Assembly (NCBI RefSeq): GCF_036321535.1
Contig: NC_087450.1
Coordinates: 60,140,001 to 60,204,000 of the forward strand
DNA length: 64,000 bases
DNA from: Camelus dromedarius
Lineage: Eukaryota
Direction of reading: 5' to 3'
Made by a program: the position numbers and the translations under genes
Shown here: in pieces, positions 25,461 to 38,744 of the stretch
How positions within the stretch are numbered: position 1 is the stretch's first letter
Layout of the letters: every line of letters begins with the position of its first letter
Notes under the pieces: model-generated
Seen by the model: the letters and a program-made list of their open reading frames with translations, nothing else
Databases searched by the model: none
What the model was told of the DNA's origin: nothing

Positions 25461-26412
25461 TCAGAGCTTTGCGTCCCCAAAGGAGGGAGGGAGTAATTAT
25501 CATTACTCCAAAGAGAATGGAAAGACACCTGCATGTTTACTTTTCTGTTTCTTTAATCCCTGCATGTCCTGCCATTATTCAAATAACTTCACACGCTTTA
25601 TTTCATTCAACTGGTGTTATGCAATGTTTATAACATCATGGCTTCAATGCCTGTAAAGCAATATCCTTTCTAATGAGCAAAGCATGCTTCTCCAAAGCAA
25701 TATGGCTGCCAGGGGTCAATATAGGTTGAACACCTAACAGAAGTCTTCAAGGGTATGCTTCTCCCCCTGGTGTAATTCACTCCCTCCTCTCCAGGGCAGC
25801 TGGGGTGCAGCTTCCTCTGCTCCTCTGAGGTCTGACTCTTTTGGCTAAAGCCAGGGTCTCTCCTTTTTCACTCCCAGGTGACTTTCAGACAGAGCCCTGA
25901 ATGCAGCCTTCTCCTCAGCTGTGCCCCATGTCAGCCTGTCTGGTCCACGGGGCCCCTTTTGAGATGTGTGTAATTGAGGAAGGATCATGACCACCCTCTC
26001 GACAGCCTGTCCAAGAGGGAGCCTTCCCGGAGGATGGACATGAAGTGGTTTTTCTTGCAATTCCCTTGAAAGAAGCTTTGTCGATGTGTTACTAGGGTGA
26101 GGGCACTCTAAGGAATATTACACTTACACAGGTTATAACTCCTCGCCAGGAGGGGTGAACAGCACCATTTCTTTAATCTTTAATATCTAGTTTCTAATAA
26201 TCTCTTTTTCAGAAATAAAGATGATCCTGATATTTCCTGTTAAGGGTGTGCTGAGTGGGTTATGAGTGTGAGAAATTTTGGGGTCCGTTAGAGCCATGGA
26301 CAAGCAAGAGGAGGAGGCTCTCACCAGAGGAGCCGGATCAGTGCCGCGTGATCAGAAGCAGGCACCACCAGACTTTGGTAAAGAAACATAATGAAGTGAT
26401 GTGAGGACTCAC

Positions 26413-26543
26413 CCTTCAATCTTGCTTTCCAAAGGGAGTTCGTTGCCCCAAGTCCTTCTGCCTGTCTCCGTAAAGTTTCTGAAGAATGGCTGTGGGTAGT
26501 TGGTGAGGAAGAGCGTGACCTCCAGGCTTTGCAGAGTGTACTT
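26413..26543 (-). other. Candidate 131-nt spliced exon
   Basis: Long pyrimidine tract ccctccctcctattcctcttgcatccctcag| and donor AAGG|gtgagt; two frames open. Confidence 0.35.
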
Positions 26544-27139
26544 CTGAGGGATGCAAGAGGAATAGGAGGGAGGGACTGAGGTTTGGGAGGTGGATTTTGA
26601 CACTGAATGTAAGCTTGCTCTGCTCTGGGCTCTCTGAGTGAGTCCTGAGAGGTGGCTGCTGTGGGGTGCTGTGTGTCTGGTCCTCGGGTTTCCAGGTACG
26701 CTGAGCACCTGCTTAATTCATGTGTGTTTGTCTGTGCTCCCTCAAAATGATTCTGCATTTTTGGTGTAATTGAATTCCAAATCTCCGAGGCAGGAAATTA
26801 GCCCACTTGGAAAGAGGAAAAAATATGTATGATATTCATGCATTTGAAATTTCAACAAAGACCCCTTTGGCTGAATTTAAGAGATCTCGCTAAGACGTCA
26901 GATTGAGCGTTCGGTGGGCTTCCATAATGCCCTGGCACTGATTCATTGCTTCCGACCGCAAGGGACATGAGAGCAAAGCTCATCTTCTCGAGCAGCCTGG
27001 GGAAGAGCCATGCTGACCATGCAGGTGGAGCGATGGCTCCTTCCCTCCGGGGCCTCTCCTGCAGCCCTGTGGGGGGGCCTTCTGCTCCCTTGCAGTGATG
27101 GGAAGCCTGACTCACAAGGTTAAATGCCTTTCACATGGC

Positions 27140-27750
27140 ATTGCAGTATAGTCAGCTTACAATGCTGTGCCAATCTCTGGTGTCCAGCATAATGTTCGGT
27201 CATACATATACACACACATATACTCTTACATTTTTTTCATTATAGGTCACCTCAGTTATTGAATATAGTTTCCTGTGCTATACAGAAGAAACTTGTACTT
27301 TTAATCTGTTTTATATATAGTAGCTAATATTTGCAAATCTCAAACTCCCAATTTATCCCTTCCCACCCCCTTACTCCCCAGTAACCATAAGATTGTTTAT
27401 TATGTCTGTATCTGTTTCTGTTTTGTAGATGAGTTCATTAGTGTCTTCTTTTTTCTTTTAGATTCCACATGTGAGTGATATCATATGGCATTTTTCTTTC
27501 TCTTTCTGGTTTACTTCATTTGGAGTGATGATCTCCAAGTCCCTCCATGTTGCTGCATATGGCATTATTTCATTCTTTTTTATGGCTGAGTAGTATTCCA
27601 TTGTATAAATACACCACAACTTCTTTATTCTGTCATCGGTTGATGAACACTTAGGTTGTTTCCATGTCTTGGCTATTGTAAATAGTGCTGCTATGAACAT
27701 TGGGGTGCGTGTATCTTTTCAAATTAGAGTTCCCTCTGGATGTATATGTG
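27140..27750 (-). mobile_element. 5'-truncated lineage-specific L1 (ORF2 end + 3'UTR)
   Basis: ORF 27458-27700 MFIAALFTIAKTWKQPKC...; 3'UTR 'ttcctgtgctatacagaagaaacttg'. Confidence 0.92.
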
Positions 27751-29087
27751 GGCTTTTTGAAATCACACCTGAGATGTTTGATCTCTCTAGTGGTTTCAGC
27801 TTGTACCTTTGTCCAAAGGGTCTCTTGTTATGATGTTGACAATAAAAACATGGGTTCTTAATCATACTTTCCCAAGTTAGGAGGGAAATTCATTCCTGGT
27901 ATTTTTAATTTGGTGGGACAGCATGGCTCAGATTAACCTAGGGGTTTGGAGAGTTACTACGCTCTCTGCTGGGAGATGTTCTCACTCAGCTGCACCTCTG
28001 AGCACTGAGATGTGTGTCATCTGCAAAGAGCCCTGTGACCATTTGCACAGTTGACTGACTCAGTTTTTTTGGGGGGGCATGAAACTTTTATAAACATTAT
28101 TCTAAACATTTTTAAAGTGGCCACTCATATATCTTACTGCCTAAACTGTTATGGGAACTTAGGTGACTTTCATAGGTTGCCAAGAAAATTGGTCCTCTGG
28201 CAACATGGTACCTGTGGCCAAATCATCTAAGAAAACATAGAGATGGTTATACACAGCTGTCTCTTTTGATGTCAGAGTCTTCCTCAGGTGTCTAAGAAAG
28301 GGCTCAGAACAAATATGAAGTTCAGAGCTCTAACCTTTGTATGAGAAAAGAGTGTTTTCTTCTCTTTTTTAACAAGAATTTTTCATTTTTTTAAGAACGA
28401 TATGAAACGACAAAAAAATCTGCAAACTGCAAGTAAACGTACTAACAGTGATAGGAGGAGAGATGCAACCGCGACGCCTGTGTGAAAAGGTAGTCCCGCC
28501 GCCCAGCGAGGGAACGATGGAGTCTCCTTGCCAGCACTGCCCAGCCCAGCGCGGTCTGCATTTCCAGACGCGGACCTTGATGTCCCCTGCCGGCTTTGCT
28601 CCCCACTGTTTCCCCTGTGATAATTCCTCTACCGCAGAGGCTGGCCCGTCTTTTCTGTAACAGGCCAGACGGTGGCTGTCCCAGGCTCTGATACAGCTCT
28701 GCGCACCGCTGGAGCACGAACGGAGCCTTCGAATGGAGGTAAGGGGCAGGCCCGGCTGTGTTTCCAAAACCTTCATTTACTGTCATGTCACATCAGGTAG
28801 CCTTCCTTTTTTGTTTTTTTTTTTTTTTTCCAACCACTTAAAAATGTAAAAAGCTTTCACATCTCGGGAGCGACGCACAGGCATGGGTCAGATTTGGGTC
28901 GCAGGCTGTTCTTTGCCGACCCTGCTGTACCCCGTCTCCTTGAGTGACAGTGTGCTCTGTACCTTTCTTATTTATGCAATTTCTTGATATTAGGCACATC
29001 TATCTCCATTTTATTTTTTACTCTTTTAAGTTAAAAAAAATTTTAACTTAAATGTAGTCGCTTTGCAACGTTAGTTTCAGGTGATAT

Positions 29088-29711
29088 TGAGACAGGAAGG
29101 GGGCAGGGCACAGCCATTCAAGGACTGATACAGCAATTAACATCAACATGGTGGAAGATTCAGCCCCCAGCAGGCCCTGGGGCTCAGGATGGTGGGAGAT
29201 CTGAGCTTCACTGTGCGCCCCTTGTGATATAGCAGCGTGGTGAATGACACGCCCACAGGCGCCATGGCAGTCCCCAGGCTAGCCACAACAGGGCAGAGTG
29301 GGAAACGGCCAACTTCCTGGGAATCCCGGCCCCTTCCCCAGGCTAGTTGAATTGGCCCTTCCACTTATTAGCATATGAAGCATCAGCCCAAAAAACTGGC
29401 AACACGGTGCCTCGAAGCCACCCTGCCCTCTCTCTCTCTCTCCCTCTTCGGGGAAGGCCCGCAGTCTGTCTATGGAGTGTGTACCTACTTTTATTCTAAT
29501 CTGAGCACCCACCCCCCGCACCTCATGGCCTTTCTCTTGCCATTCAATGTATCTCTCGGAATAAATCTACCTTTACTCAACTGTGGCTCCCTCTTGAATT
29601 CTTTCCTGCACGAGGCCAAGGACCCACACCTGGTGCGGCACGTCCCACGGGCTCAACCGTGGCCTGGGACACGGCCCCCTTTCACACCCCACATCCGTTT
29701 TTCCTGCATCA
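29088..29711 (+). mobile_element. Solo ERV1-type LTR
   Basis: TG...CA termini; AATAAA 29560-29565; 'ttgaattctttcctgcacgaggccaaggaccc' U5-like; flanks atat/acat (4-bp TSD, 1 mismatch). Confidence 0.8.
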
Positions 29712-29846
29712 ACATCATCTGAACCAATTACATCAAAAATGAGCCTCTTTTCAAATAAGGTCACATTCTGCAGCACAGGGGACCTTAAACATGTGAAGAG
29801 TGTTTCAACATAGGAAATGATCAGGGGACAAAATTCACCCCATAGC
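29712..29846 (-). mobile_element. MLT1 (ERVL-MaLR) LTR fragment
   Basis: 'aattacatc...ttttcaaataaggtcacattc...ggggacaaaattcaccccatagca'. Confidence 0.75.
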
Positions 29847-32269
29847 AAACCCTCTGCAGGAGGCTTGGCTAAGCAGACTTTAAGGATGGCGATGATGAAA
29901 CCTTAAAAAGATGAATAATTTGCCAAGGTCCTCTAGCTTGTAAATCTGACCCTAAGACTAAACTCTGTCCAGCAAGTCCTGTTGCTTCTGAAGAGAGAGA
30001 GACGACGCTGATTTTGGGAGTCAGCTTTGAGGGTCTGCTGTGCCCGGAGACTTGGAGGGTGAGTCGTGAGCCCGCCCTTCTCCCTTCAGCCTGTCTCTCC
30101 TCTGTGGATACACTTGCTTATCAGCTGCCTTTGTTACAATAAAGACAGAATTAAAATTTGCATCACCAATAGCTGATGCCAGGGGCTTTTAGTTTTGCAT
30201 AAAATTAAATTCTAGTGAAACCTCTCCTGCATTTTCTTAGCAGGGAGGTAAGAGGCCCACTTAAATGCTGTTTGTGGGCTGCGTTTTTAAATGAATGCAG
30301 CTGGGTATTTTGATTAAATGCACATTGAAATCCACTTACAACTAGTGAACCAAGACAACGAAAGGGCCTCACTGTACCATTGAGACTGTTTTCTGAAATC
30401 GTTCAAGTTAAGCAATTCAACAGCGTATTGCCGTGCTCTGGTGTCTCCTAGAAACGGGGACGGAGCCTGCGAGCAGTGACACGTGCCAGCCCCCAGGAGA
30501 CAGCGCTGTCCAGGCAGGAGGTCCAGACCAAGGGTGCCGCCTGGTCAGGGGGAAAACACCTGCTGGAGCAGATTTCAGCGCGCTGCTTGACGTGGATCCG
30601 GTGGGTGCTCAGCCGGTCGGGAACAGAATCGCCCAAATGGTTTCTTACAGCGCAAAGTGGTTCCATGGCTGAGTTAAAGCTTCCTGGTTAGATTGGCAAC
30701 GTTTTGAATGTGTCCCATCCTCAAATGCCTGCTTCTACTGTGGGTTCTCAGGGCAGTCCATGTAGGCATCCCCTTTCCTTGGGATCTTGTCACTTGGATG
30801 CTGCAGCGGAAGACTCCTGGGCAGCACTGACACATTCCCACAGCCCTGAAGGCTGCCGTGCAGTGAGCTGACAGCGGGGCAAGAAGTACTCAACATTTAC
30901 TCCACCGACACGCCCCTGTCGGTGCCACTGTGAGCTAAAGACAGTCACAGCGATCAAAGGACATGCCACAGTCTGGTTGGGGAGACAGACAGACAGAGAG
31001 GTGGGCGTAACCCAGTGTGATCACCACTCTGATGGCAGGGGTCCAGGTGTTGAGAGAGACGGGAGAGGAATATGGAACCCAACATAGGGGTGGGAAAGGC
31101 AGGGAGAGTGCCTGGGGGAGGGCAACCCGGGAACTGAGTTTTGAAGAAAAGTAAGAGTGAAGCAAGAGAAGGCTGCCCAGAGAGCATCGTAAGCAGAGAG
31201 AATAGAATGGGCCGTGACCAGATCTGGAGGAACGAGCAACAGCGGATGGAGAGCAACCCTGTGAGGCGGCAGACCACAGGGTTTACCGATCCTTTATCTC
31301 CCCGACAGAAGAAATAACACGCAGGAGCTTCGAGTCCAGTGGCTCGTGACTTACTCACCAGCAACAATAAAATCGCCTCCTTTCCTGGGGGTGACCTGAG
31401 GCCATGGCCTCCAGACAAATGGAGATACGGGCCAAAATTATCTTTTGGTCTCATCGTCCCTTTTCGGATCCCTCCTTTGAAATCTGAAAATGCCCAATGC
31501 CAGGAAGATCTGAGACCGAGATGCTGCTCTTCAAGACTATGAAAACGTACATACCATTTTAGGATTTGCAGTCACCTGGAGAGTCTTCCAGCCAAATAAC
31601 CCATCCAACACATTACTAACAAATGGTCAGGTTTTTGCCTTTGCCTGAATCCAATCCATTGTTTTTACTGTTCATTAAGTGCAAAGCAGTCATGGGCTGT
31701 CCATCCTACTGTTAAAATGTTTGGCGTAAAATGTGTGTTTTTCTTCTTTTTTTTAGCCTTTCCTGATGCAACATCAGACAAGTCCCCAGCCTCCCACATG
31801 GTAGCCCTTTTGTTTGTTTTGCCTGAATCTTCTCTCTGTCAGCCTGCCATGGCAGAAAGAGCTTAGATTATATAGTTAAGGAAACCGGATTAAAATCCTC
31901 CTTGTCTTGGTTAATATTCACCTTTGTCACAGGAATTCATCAATTGACTAAATATCTGGTCCTTCCTCACAGGATTATAGAGCATCCAGATTTATCCAAA
32001 CCCTTTAAATTAATCACAATCCCTAATGCTCATTAACTTGAGCCTTCTTAAAACTTTTCCAGTATTTCCTTTTCCGAGATCTATCAGAATTTGAATGGGA
32101 GACGGTCTTCTCAAAAATCATGTATGTTACACAAGGGCCGTGACAGAGTTGGCTTTGCACACCACCATCTTCAGCGCCTCCAGTGATGATGGATAAATGA
32201 ACAAAGTCAAGACTTCTGATACGCCGAGGTGTCTTCCTGAAATGCCTAGAATCTTGCTTGTTTAAAACT

Positions 32270-32560
32270 AATAACAGCTTTTATCTTTAAAGCAAGTAAG
32301 TGTACTAGACACTGTGCTAGGTGACTCACCTTCCTTATTTTACGTGATCTTTAGGATTTGTCCAGACCCTTAGCTTGGTGGTTGACGACGTCAGCTCTGG
32401 AGTCATGCTGTCTGGCTGGGTCTCTGCTCTGGCGTAAGTAGCTGTGTGTCCTTGGGTAAGTTACTCAAGCTCTCTGTCCTCAGCTTCCCCAGTTGTACAT
32501 GGCGATGCCGATAGTAGCTTCTGCATGTGAGGGTCCCATTCTGTGATGAGGAGCATGATG
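32270..32560. mobile_element. MIR fragments
   Basis: 'gtgtccttgggtaagttactcaagctctctgtcctcagcttccccagttgtac'. Confidence 0.7.
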
Positions 32561-34419
32561 TTTTCCTAAGCAGCCCCTCACATCTGGGGACCACTGTCGG
32601 CGCTCAGCCCAAATGCCCTGGGACCATCGTTCCTTGCAGCTCGGTGCTCCTCTCCCCTGCATACCGTGCATTTGCTCTAAAAGCTGCAACTCTTTTGAGG
32701 TTCCCATCCTGCTCTGCCTTCTTGGAAAACCCAAGTACCTGGTTGCTCAGGGCCTCGCAGACACTCTTAGCCAGAGATCAACAGGTGCAGAAGCCTGCAG
32801 CCCACCTCGAGGCAAGATGCTTCCTCGTCCCCAAGGGACCCCTCCCCTGAGGCTGCACCCTCGCGTGGCTTCCTTCCCTTCCCCATCCTGCTTCCCCTCT
32901 GCCTTGTGAGTTTCTCCTGCGAGCACTTTTTCAAGAAGTCACCTGCCTACACGGCGTCTGCTGCTGGGCACCTGGAAGGAGTGTCCCTTCTCTTGAGAAC
33001 AAACCATGTCCCCAGACAGCATGGTTGTGTCCCTTTAGGAGCAGGTAAAACTGGTCTCATCTCTTAAACGTGTCAGCAGTGATTTGAGGAGAGCTCCTGT
33101 CTTTCCCAAATCTTCTAAAGCTAAGAGCCTTTAGGTTTTCTTCTTGTAGTTTTGTAATATTTCTGCCCCACCCGTTGGAGCCGCTGCTTTCTTAGACTCT
33201 CTGCTTGAGGATGGCAGTTGGTTTCCTCTCTGTGTTACCTGGAGACCAGCGTCACCTCTGATTTCTGCACCACCCGGAAGTTGCAGCAGCCCTCTTTGAC
33301 CAGCAGACTCAGCTCCGTAGACACTTGGAAATGTTGCTCAGTCATCAGAGGGGTCCTGAGGCTCACTTCCTCATCTGTGAAATGAGGAAATTCACACTAT
33401 CCATGTTACTGACCTCAGTGTTCCTCTCTTTCACTTGAATTCTTACTTTCACTTCCATTGTCAGCTCTGGTTTCTCTTATTCTTAGATTTCCCTAAATTA
33501 AAGGCTGGAGTAGGCACCCCTCTTGGTTTTCCCACCACACCTCATGGAGATCTCTGTGAGAGGCAACCATCCAGCTCTAAAATAACCCACGTGTCTCCAA
33601 ACTCCATCATGAGCTCACTGAGGACACGGACACCTTATTCTTTTGGTGTCTTCTTCATCTTGCCCGGTTTCTGGTCCATGATAGATGCTCAGCACACACT
33701 CGCTGAAAGACTGTAGATGTAAAGCCTTTCTCAGAATCTCAGGACTTTGCCTTGAACGTACTTAGCATCCTGCTTTTTAAAAATGAACGAACATAAGAGT
33801 CGTTTTCTGCCTGGTTTCTGTTGCTCCTCTTTGTAGAAACATCTGGACCTCATGTAGTTCTTCCCATGGCTGTAATCGCGCTGAAGGACTCTTGCATGAA
33901 CTTGTTAATACAAGTCTGAAGATTTATAAATGAGAGTGCATTGATCTAGCACAAGTGTCACAGTGATCCTTTAGTGAAAATACTGGAGGCTTATCAAAAT
34001 GCTATCAAAATAGCTTGTTGAGATGCTATATTTGAAGACACGCTGTACCTTCTCATCCATTCTAAGCACTTTAGCTATGTACAATACGTGTTTCTTAATA
34101 TTCTGGATGGTGATTTACAACAAATGATGGCTGTGACTCCTAGCAGGGTGGCAGGATTACAACCTTCCTCCAACTTGTCAGCTAGTCTGGGTGAGATACA
34201 TTCCAGTGAGTTCCTGAAAATTGCATGGTTAGGAGAGTGTAGCGATAAGAGAACATTCCGCTTGCAGAGTCCCTAGTGAATCTCCAGGAGTTTTTATGGT
34301 TCCCTTCTATACTCTGTGGCAAGAATTCTCCCCATGCTTGTAATGGTTCCTAATGATCAAAATTGTATCTGGCGTCTGCTCCATATTTAGTGTAATAGTT
34401 CATAGAAAAGTCAATAGAC

Positions 34420-34580
34420 TTGGAAGACCAGTCTTGAGTCCCAGTTTGGCTTCTAGAATGTGCTGTGATCTCAGGCAAGCTTCATAGCTTATCTTAGCCT
34501 CAGTTTTCTGGCCTGTAAAATAGGGGTGCAGGAAACACCTGCCACAAAGGCCATTGCGAAGACTAAGTTAATATTTGAGA
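34420..34580 (+). mobile_element. MIR
   Basis: 'gtgatctcaggcaagcttcatagcttatcttagcctcagttttctggcctgtaaaatagggg'. Confidence 0.7.
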
Positions 34581-35384
34581 AAGAACTTTGATGACATCAG
34601 AATGTCTCAAAAGGTGTGGTCTTCTTCAGGCTTCCCCTGCACTATTCTGCTTTTACGTGAGTGTCTCTAGACTTACTTAGAAAGAAATCACATCCTTTTC
34701 TATGGAGGGTACTTTTCAGTCCCCAGGCTCAGGGGCAGGACTCCCTCAGCCACTGCGGTGGACTCATCAGGGCTCTGCTTCCTTCAGCCTCTTCAGGGGC
34801 TCATGCGCACTGGCTCCCTCTGTGCTTCACTCCCAAAAGCCAGCCCCTCCTTCTCTTGGCTACACCTGTCTTCTGGCTACTGAGAGCGGACTGTTGGTGC
34901 GCGCGGAGACCCGCAGCGAAGTGTCTGAAACTTACCTCCCGCGGGGGCAGCCTGCATGCAAACAAAGACCAACACATGCGGAGCAGACCAGTCCCTGGAG
35001 TCTCCTCCAATCAGGTCAGTTTTGACTTATAACCTGCACTCTTTCCAGTATTTTCTTGTGTAGTGGAACTAAGCTTCTGCTCCACAGTATTTTTCTTGAT
35101 GTTTTCTGCTGGTTTGGTTTCCTTCTCTTCTTTTTATCCCCTTCTTTATAACGTTTATGGTTTTTCTGAGCATTATTTCCCAACGTATCGCTTTCACACA
35201 AATCCTACCCGCAGAGCTGCTGCTAAGGAAGCCCTCCTAAGGCAGCTGAGAATTGGTTACCGACCATGAAAGGGATGGCTATGGCTACTGCTAACTTACA
35301 CGGGAGGTGGTGGCAAACTCATCAGGTAAGAGCAACAGAAACTCCACTGAGGGCTAACCTTGCTACAGACACCTTGTTTTTGTT

Positions 35385-35530
35385 TCTGGTTTAATCTTCT
35401 CAAAGATCCGGAAAGATAGATAAAATGATCAGCGTTTTGGAAATGAGAAAGCTCAGAGAAGCTAAGTCGCTTGCCCCGAGTCACACATCTCGGAAGAATC
35501 TTGGCTCCAGTGTGTTTTACAGCTAAGTGA
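35385..35530 (-). mobile_element. MIR
   Basis: 'ttttggaaatgagaaagctcagagaagctaagtcgcttgccccgagtcacac'. Confidence 0.7.
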
Positions 35531-35854
35531 ACCCGAGTTGGGGTGGTAGGCAGAACTCTATGGTGACACCCCAAGGTACTTGCATGTCCTACCCAATGTG
35601 AGCTCTGCAAGGTCACAATCCATGGTCTCTTTTATCCATTAAAACCCAAACACCTAAGACAGGACCTGAACCATAGTGTGTGCTCAATAAACATTTACGG
35701 AATGAAGCCTCAGGAATCATTAGTTTAAGAGGCATGAAGGACACTGGTGACAGAAGACGTAAAGAATATGTCTCTGTTGACCCAATTCCAGAAAGTCCAT
35801 CCTTTAAATTTTTTCATGGGCTTCAGGCCAAACGTATTTGCTTTCTGTTGCTGC

Positions 35855-36130
35855 ATGACAAATGACAACAAAGAGCTGTTAAAACAAGGCGCAGAATCCC
35901 ACAGATTCTGCTGGTCAGGAGCCTGGGCGTGGCTGCCTGGGGTCTCTGCTTCAGAGTCTGCAAGTCTAGGGTGAGGGGCTGAGGTCCTAGGGGCAGCTCA
36001 CAGCTCCCTGCCACGGGGCCCACTTCATAGGCTGTTAGCAACATGGCGGTGACTTCTTCAAGGTCCGCAGGACACACCCAGGTCCTTGGCAAGTACGCTG
36101 CGATTAGCAACTCTGCGTGGGGAGAACAGA
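35855..36130 (-). mobile_element. MLT1 LTR fragment
   Basis: 'cacagattctgctggtcaggagcctgggcgtggc...aacatggcggtgacttcttcaaggt'. Confidence 0.7.
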
Positions 36131-37389
36131 CACACTCAGCTTCCAGGACACACTACCAGTCTGTCTGCTATTCTGATTTCAGGTAGCAGCAAAGCTGTTG
36201 AAGTTGGGAAAAATAGGACATTGTCAGAAATAAAGTTTAAAGGGTAGAGAGAGCTTTCTGAATTTTGAATACGAAGACAGAGAAAGCATTTGAACTTCTG
36301 TAACTCAAAATTTCTGAAGGTGTATTCATTGCAACACTAGCTCAAGGAAATATTGATACAAGAGCGTGAACAAGATTGCAGAGTTTGTTGACAAACACCG
36401 GGTTAAAGTCTAATGTTCGATTTACTGCATGCTTTTTTTTTTAAACATCTTTCTGAAGTTTTTAAAATGCATTGTGATCACTACAATGTGGGGTATGTTT
36501 TGCAACCTTCCCAAACATATTTGTCCACTGACTTCCTTTTTCAAACAGTATAGACCCTGACTAGCAACAGAGAACCAGTCTTGTTTATTGGAAAGACTTC
36601 TAGAAACTTCAAGCTGGAGCATGATTTCTTAGGCTAAGATGTGCTTTCCTGGGTGCATTGCCATCGGCCGTCCGTCTGTTCTTTCAGCCCAGAGAACGAG
36701 CTTGCTCTCTTTTCTATGGGACAGCCCTTTAGATCCATGAAGACGGCTCTCGTTTCTTGCCTCAGCCATTTTCCGTCCATGCTAAATGCCTCCAGATCTA
36801 TAAGTTGCCTTTCCTGTGTTGCTCTGTTTGCATTCCTCTTACCATCTGGTGGTCAGAAGTGAATTAGAATTCTAGGTGCATTTTGGCCCGGACCAGGGAA
36901 GATGGGTCTGTTTCCGTATGTAGAATGTGAGGTGGACAGATGGACGAGATGGGTTTCCCTTTCCTTCAGTTTTAATTACATAACTTACTTATGGAAAACC
37001 TAGCTGTTTTCCAATCATTGTCAGCCAGGAAATCAGGACCTTTTTTTTTCTTACAACCGAAAAAAAAAAAAAAAACAAAAAAAACAAAAAACAAAGCTGA
37101 TTTATTTTCCCTGAGAGCTCAAAGGTCTGGAACATTTTAGGCACGAGGACATTTCAAAGGAGTGGAAATAGGGACAGGGAGAGGAAGGCAAATGAATTTT
37201 GTGCTTTGCACCAAAGCCAAGCTTTTTCTGGTTTTACTAATGGGAAGTGATTAGAGAACATTTTAATGTCAGAAAGTTTTGAAAACCATTATGCTTCTCG
37301 GCAGCTCTTAAAGCTTTCTCCTGCTTAATGACTAGTGCCCTGGTAAGGCAGATGTGTGTGCACTCTGTGTCTGTCTCTCTCCTTTTCTT

Positions 37390-37411
37390 ACACACACACA
37401 CACACACACAC
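37390..37411. repeat. (AC)11 microsatellite
   Basis: Seen directly. Confidence 0.95.
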
Positions 37412-38744
37412 GCTCTGAATGCAACAGTGAAAATTTGACACTGCTATTGTTTGTCACGCGGACCGCAGCTCTTGTATTGTTCTCAGGTGGCGCTGAGCAC
37501 ACGGTGCATCTTAGCAGTACTTAGAGATGACGACATAAAATACAAAGATAAGCCAGTTACTCTTTCTGCAACTGCATTTCATTCTGCTAATGCTTACAAA
37601 TTAAGGGCGTCTGTCGCCGCCTGCATGACACCGTGCAGAGAGCGTCTCCAGTCTCATGAATTTTAGAGCATGCTCTGCAGAAATGCAGAAGCCAATCCAA
37701 AGGTAAGGAGTTGACATAAAGTTCATAATCCCTGTCTAGTCAGTATGAAAATCTGTCTGTGCGAGGAATGCAGAACCTCGTCACCCGTGGAGTCCTGCGT
37801 CGTCAGGAGAGTGACTTGACCAGATCAGGGGCGGAGCTTCACCGACGTGAAGTACTGAGGTGGGATTGCCTCTCTGGGTTGAGAGACATGCATGTGGTCA
37901 GCTCCTTTCAGTCAGCACTGTTTTGATCATTGTCCTTTGCTTTTAAAAACTTTCAGAACTTAATTACCTTCTCGATTGCATCGTGAGCTCTGTAGTGGCA
38001 GGCAGCCTCCTGAGAGCCGGGCGCTCCTATTCTGAAGATGAGAAATGAAAAGGACGTTGTAGATGGTCAGGCTGCCCTTCGCGGCGTGCTCAGGACCCCT
38101 ACCGCTCGGCTCACACACCCAGCTTGGGGTCCCCATCAACTTGCAACTGTCACTGGCTCCTGGTTCTCTCCTCTATTGGCCACCTACATCTGGAAACTCT
38201 CAAATTCCCTTCAAATATCTGAAAATGACTCCTCAGTTCCATCCCTTATGTCCTTTCTTCTTTGGGCTAAATATCAACAGAGCCTTTGTTTGTTCTTCAG
38301 GCACAGCTCCGTTCGTGGGACTTTCTTCTGCACGTACCAGCCAGTCCAACGCTCTCCTGTATCCAGCAAGGGAGGACCATGTGCGCCCCCCCTCACTCCG
38401 AGGGCCCGGCCCTCTGACTGTCGTGCAGCAGGACATTAAGCAGAGGCTGACGCAGAAGGCGTGCTGGTCAGATGTGGGCGCGACGCCTCTGGGAGAGGAA
38501 CCTTAAATATGTGGGAGCTCATGAGGGCATCCGGACAGATCCAGACAGACTTGGAAAATACACTTGGAAAGTGACTCTATGACAAAAGAAAATGTAAATA
38601 TATAAATTTGGATTCAGAAACGCAGCTGTGTAAGTACAAGGTGGAGTGAATGGCTCAAGCAGACGTTCCTTTAAAAATAACCAGAAGGGATGGTTAGAGT
38701 TAACTACACAGTCCACATGAGCCAATGGAATTGTGGGTCGGAGG

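Noticed and set aside
27458-27700. 80-aa ORF as a host gene
   Set aside because: It is the L1 ORF2 C-terminus
36422-36622. Protein-like minus ORF (LEVSRSLSNKQDW...)
   Set aside because: No matching splice pair, broken at a homopolymer, no family recognised
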